NCBI GenBank assembly: GCA_951406725.2
Contig: OX597840.1
Span: 26,536,001-26,600,000, forward strand
DNA: 64,000 nucleotides
Origin: Octopus vulgaris
Taxonomy: Eukaryota
Reading direction: 5' to 3'
The notes below the pieces were generated by a model. The model was not told where the DNA came from. It did not search any database and saw nothing but the letters and a program-made list of their open reading frames with translations. The position numbers were made by a program, and so were the translations under genes. How positions within the stretch are numbered: the first letter of the stretch is position 1; every line of letters begins with the position of its first letter. Of this stretch, positions 62,103-64,000 are shown one piece after another.

Positions 62103-62491
62103 CTATATATATATATTATATATAGAAAAATACAAACTGGGACAAGAACGTAAAACATTTAGAAGACGATACAAAAATATATATACGGACGGGATATTGA
62201 AATATAATGTATCTCAGGATATTGGGACAAGAACGTAAAACATTTAGAAGACGATACAAAAAACACGGATGGGATATTCGAACTTCAATCTTCAGTCAAG
62301 AACCGGATCATCCTAGCAATTTTGGCTGATTAATCTTGAGATCGCTCCGATCCGGCCAGCCCCAAGGAAAAACTAAGCTACGAACATTAGATTTCTTGGA
62401 AGAAGGATCGAATGTATACGAAACAGGGACGGAAAAACGGACGATGCCACACGAATATAGAATACAGATAGCATATGATTACATGATGTTC

Positions 62492-62523
<32 letters not shown>

Positions 62524-62561
62524 GTAGGTCTATAGGTATGTATGTATATATATTTATGTAT

Positions 62562-62760
62562 GTAGTGAATTCCCAAAAAAACAAACACAAAAAACAACAC
62601 GAGGACGTGGTACATGTAATGTACTAGCAGTTGGTCAGGAAAGGAAAAAAAAGATGGTTTAACGTTTCGAGCAGACGCTCTTCTTCGGAAACAGAGGAAA
62701 GTCCAATAGAAGGGAAGACGGAGGAAGAAAATCGCCAACGATTCACATATGGTTACATTA
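62562..62760 (-). mobile_element. Short PLE-derived element with minimal HHR (62657-62692)
   Basis: Minus strand: GTTT-CCGAAGA-A-GAGC(GTCT)GCTC-GAAAC-GTT^-AAAC. Confidence 0.75.
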
Positions 62761-62770
62761 TGTATGTATG

Positions 62771-62890
<120 letters not shown>

Positions 62891-62933
62891 CATGCATATA
62901 TATATATGTATGTATCTATATGTATGTATAGTG

Positions 62934-63630
62934 AAGGCGCATGGCTTGGTGGTTAGGGCATTCGGCTCCCGATTGTAAGGTCATGAGTTCAATTCCCGGC
63001 GATGCGTTGTGCGATTGGGCAAGACACTTTATCTCCCGCTGCTCCAGTCCATTCAACTGGCAAAATTCAGTAGTACTTGTAATTCAAAGGGGCCAGCCTC
63101 GTCACACTCTGTGTCACGCTGAATCTCCCTAAGAACTACGTTAAGGGTACACGTGTCTGAGGAATGCTCAGCCATCAACAACAGGGTATATATGTTTGTG
63201 TGTATGCATGTATGTATTTGTGTGTGTATATGTATGTGTGTATATGTATGTATGTATTTGTATGTGTGTATATGTATGTATGTATGTATGTGTGTGTATA
63301 TATACATGTATGTATGTAAGTGTGTATATGTATGCATATATGTATGTAAGTATGCATGTATGTAGATAGGTAGGTAGGTATATGTGTGTGTTTTTGTGTC
63401 TATTCTCCACTCCAGCCGCTTGATAACTGGTGTTGGTTTGTTAACGTTCACGTAACGTAGCGGCTGGGCAAAAAGGATCCGATAGAATAAGTGCTAAATT
63501 TTGAAAAAAAAAAAAAATAATAAATACCGGGATCAATTTGCTCTATCCAAGAAAACCCTTCGAAGCGGTGCCCCAGCATGGCCGCAGTCCAGCGACTGAA
63601 ACAATTAACAGAGAAACGATAAAAGAATAA
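62934..63630 (+). mobile_element. Composite tRNA-derived SINE
   Basis: Family-B-like head and centre, a segment shared with family C, a microsatellite, then a family-A-like tail. Confidence 0.75.
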
Positions 63631-63884
63631 AGTGATAATCCTTGATATTATGAGGATTAGGATCTTTGTCGAAGGGTGATAAAGGCCCAGTAGCACACGG
63701 ATAAGCTGGGGATGGGTTGCAGGTAAGCAGATTAAACTGTGAAGCGTCCGACAGGCGCCAAAGGTAGGAGAACGTTGTTGTATGTTTTTCTAAGAAAACC
63801 CGTGGATTTAGTTTTTAAATTTTGGTATTGAGGAGTCAGTGTTGGTCACTACCTGTTGGCTTGGTACAAAGAGATAGATAGATA

Positions 63885-64000
63885 GATAAGTTTATTTATT
63901 GGCCACACAGGGCTGCACACAGATGGGACAAGTTACAAGGTAGAGCTTTTCTTTTGGGGGATGAAAAAAACAAAAAACAAAAGAAAAAAAGGGGGTGGCG
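63885..64000 (-). mobile_element. Probable non-LTR element 3' end adjoining (GATA)n
   Basis: Reverse complement matches ~49095-49173. Confidence 0.55.

Overview
Eukaryotic, AT-rich, extremely microsatellite-dense non-coding DNA, most likely from an octopus (inferred from the tRNA-derived SINE families and the (TA)n/(TATG)n/(GATA)n load). I found no intact host protein-coding gene, and almost all listed ORFs are microsatellite translation artefacts. The window is a mosaic of about 30 SINE copies or fragments from at least 4 families, two non-autonomous Helitrons, a TIR element with a 9-bp TSD, and decayed maT (DD37D), DUF4817-type mariner, Gypsy, RTE and RLE-type LINE fragments. It also holds many Penelope-like element (PLE) fragments, mostly inserted in (TA)n and often arranged as long inverted repeats. 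The main hidden signal, read by eye on both strands, is about 25 complete or near-complete type I hammerhead ribozyme (HHR) motifs plus several partial ones, from roughly 13 sequence families. Each has the form stemI-CYGANGA-stemII-GAAAC-palindrome-GUH-stemI', with compensatory stem changes between families. One lies directly downstream of a recognisable PLE GIY-YIG endonuclease remnant. PLE-associated HHRs are known in general; the density, the family-specific stem III palindromes, the very long stem II extensions and the recurrent U4C and extra-nucleotide cores are what merit follow-up. Coordinates were counted by hand and may be off by a few nt.
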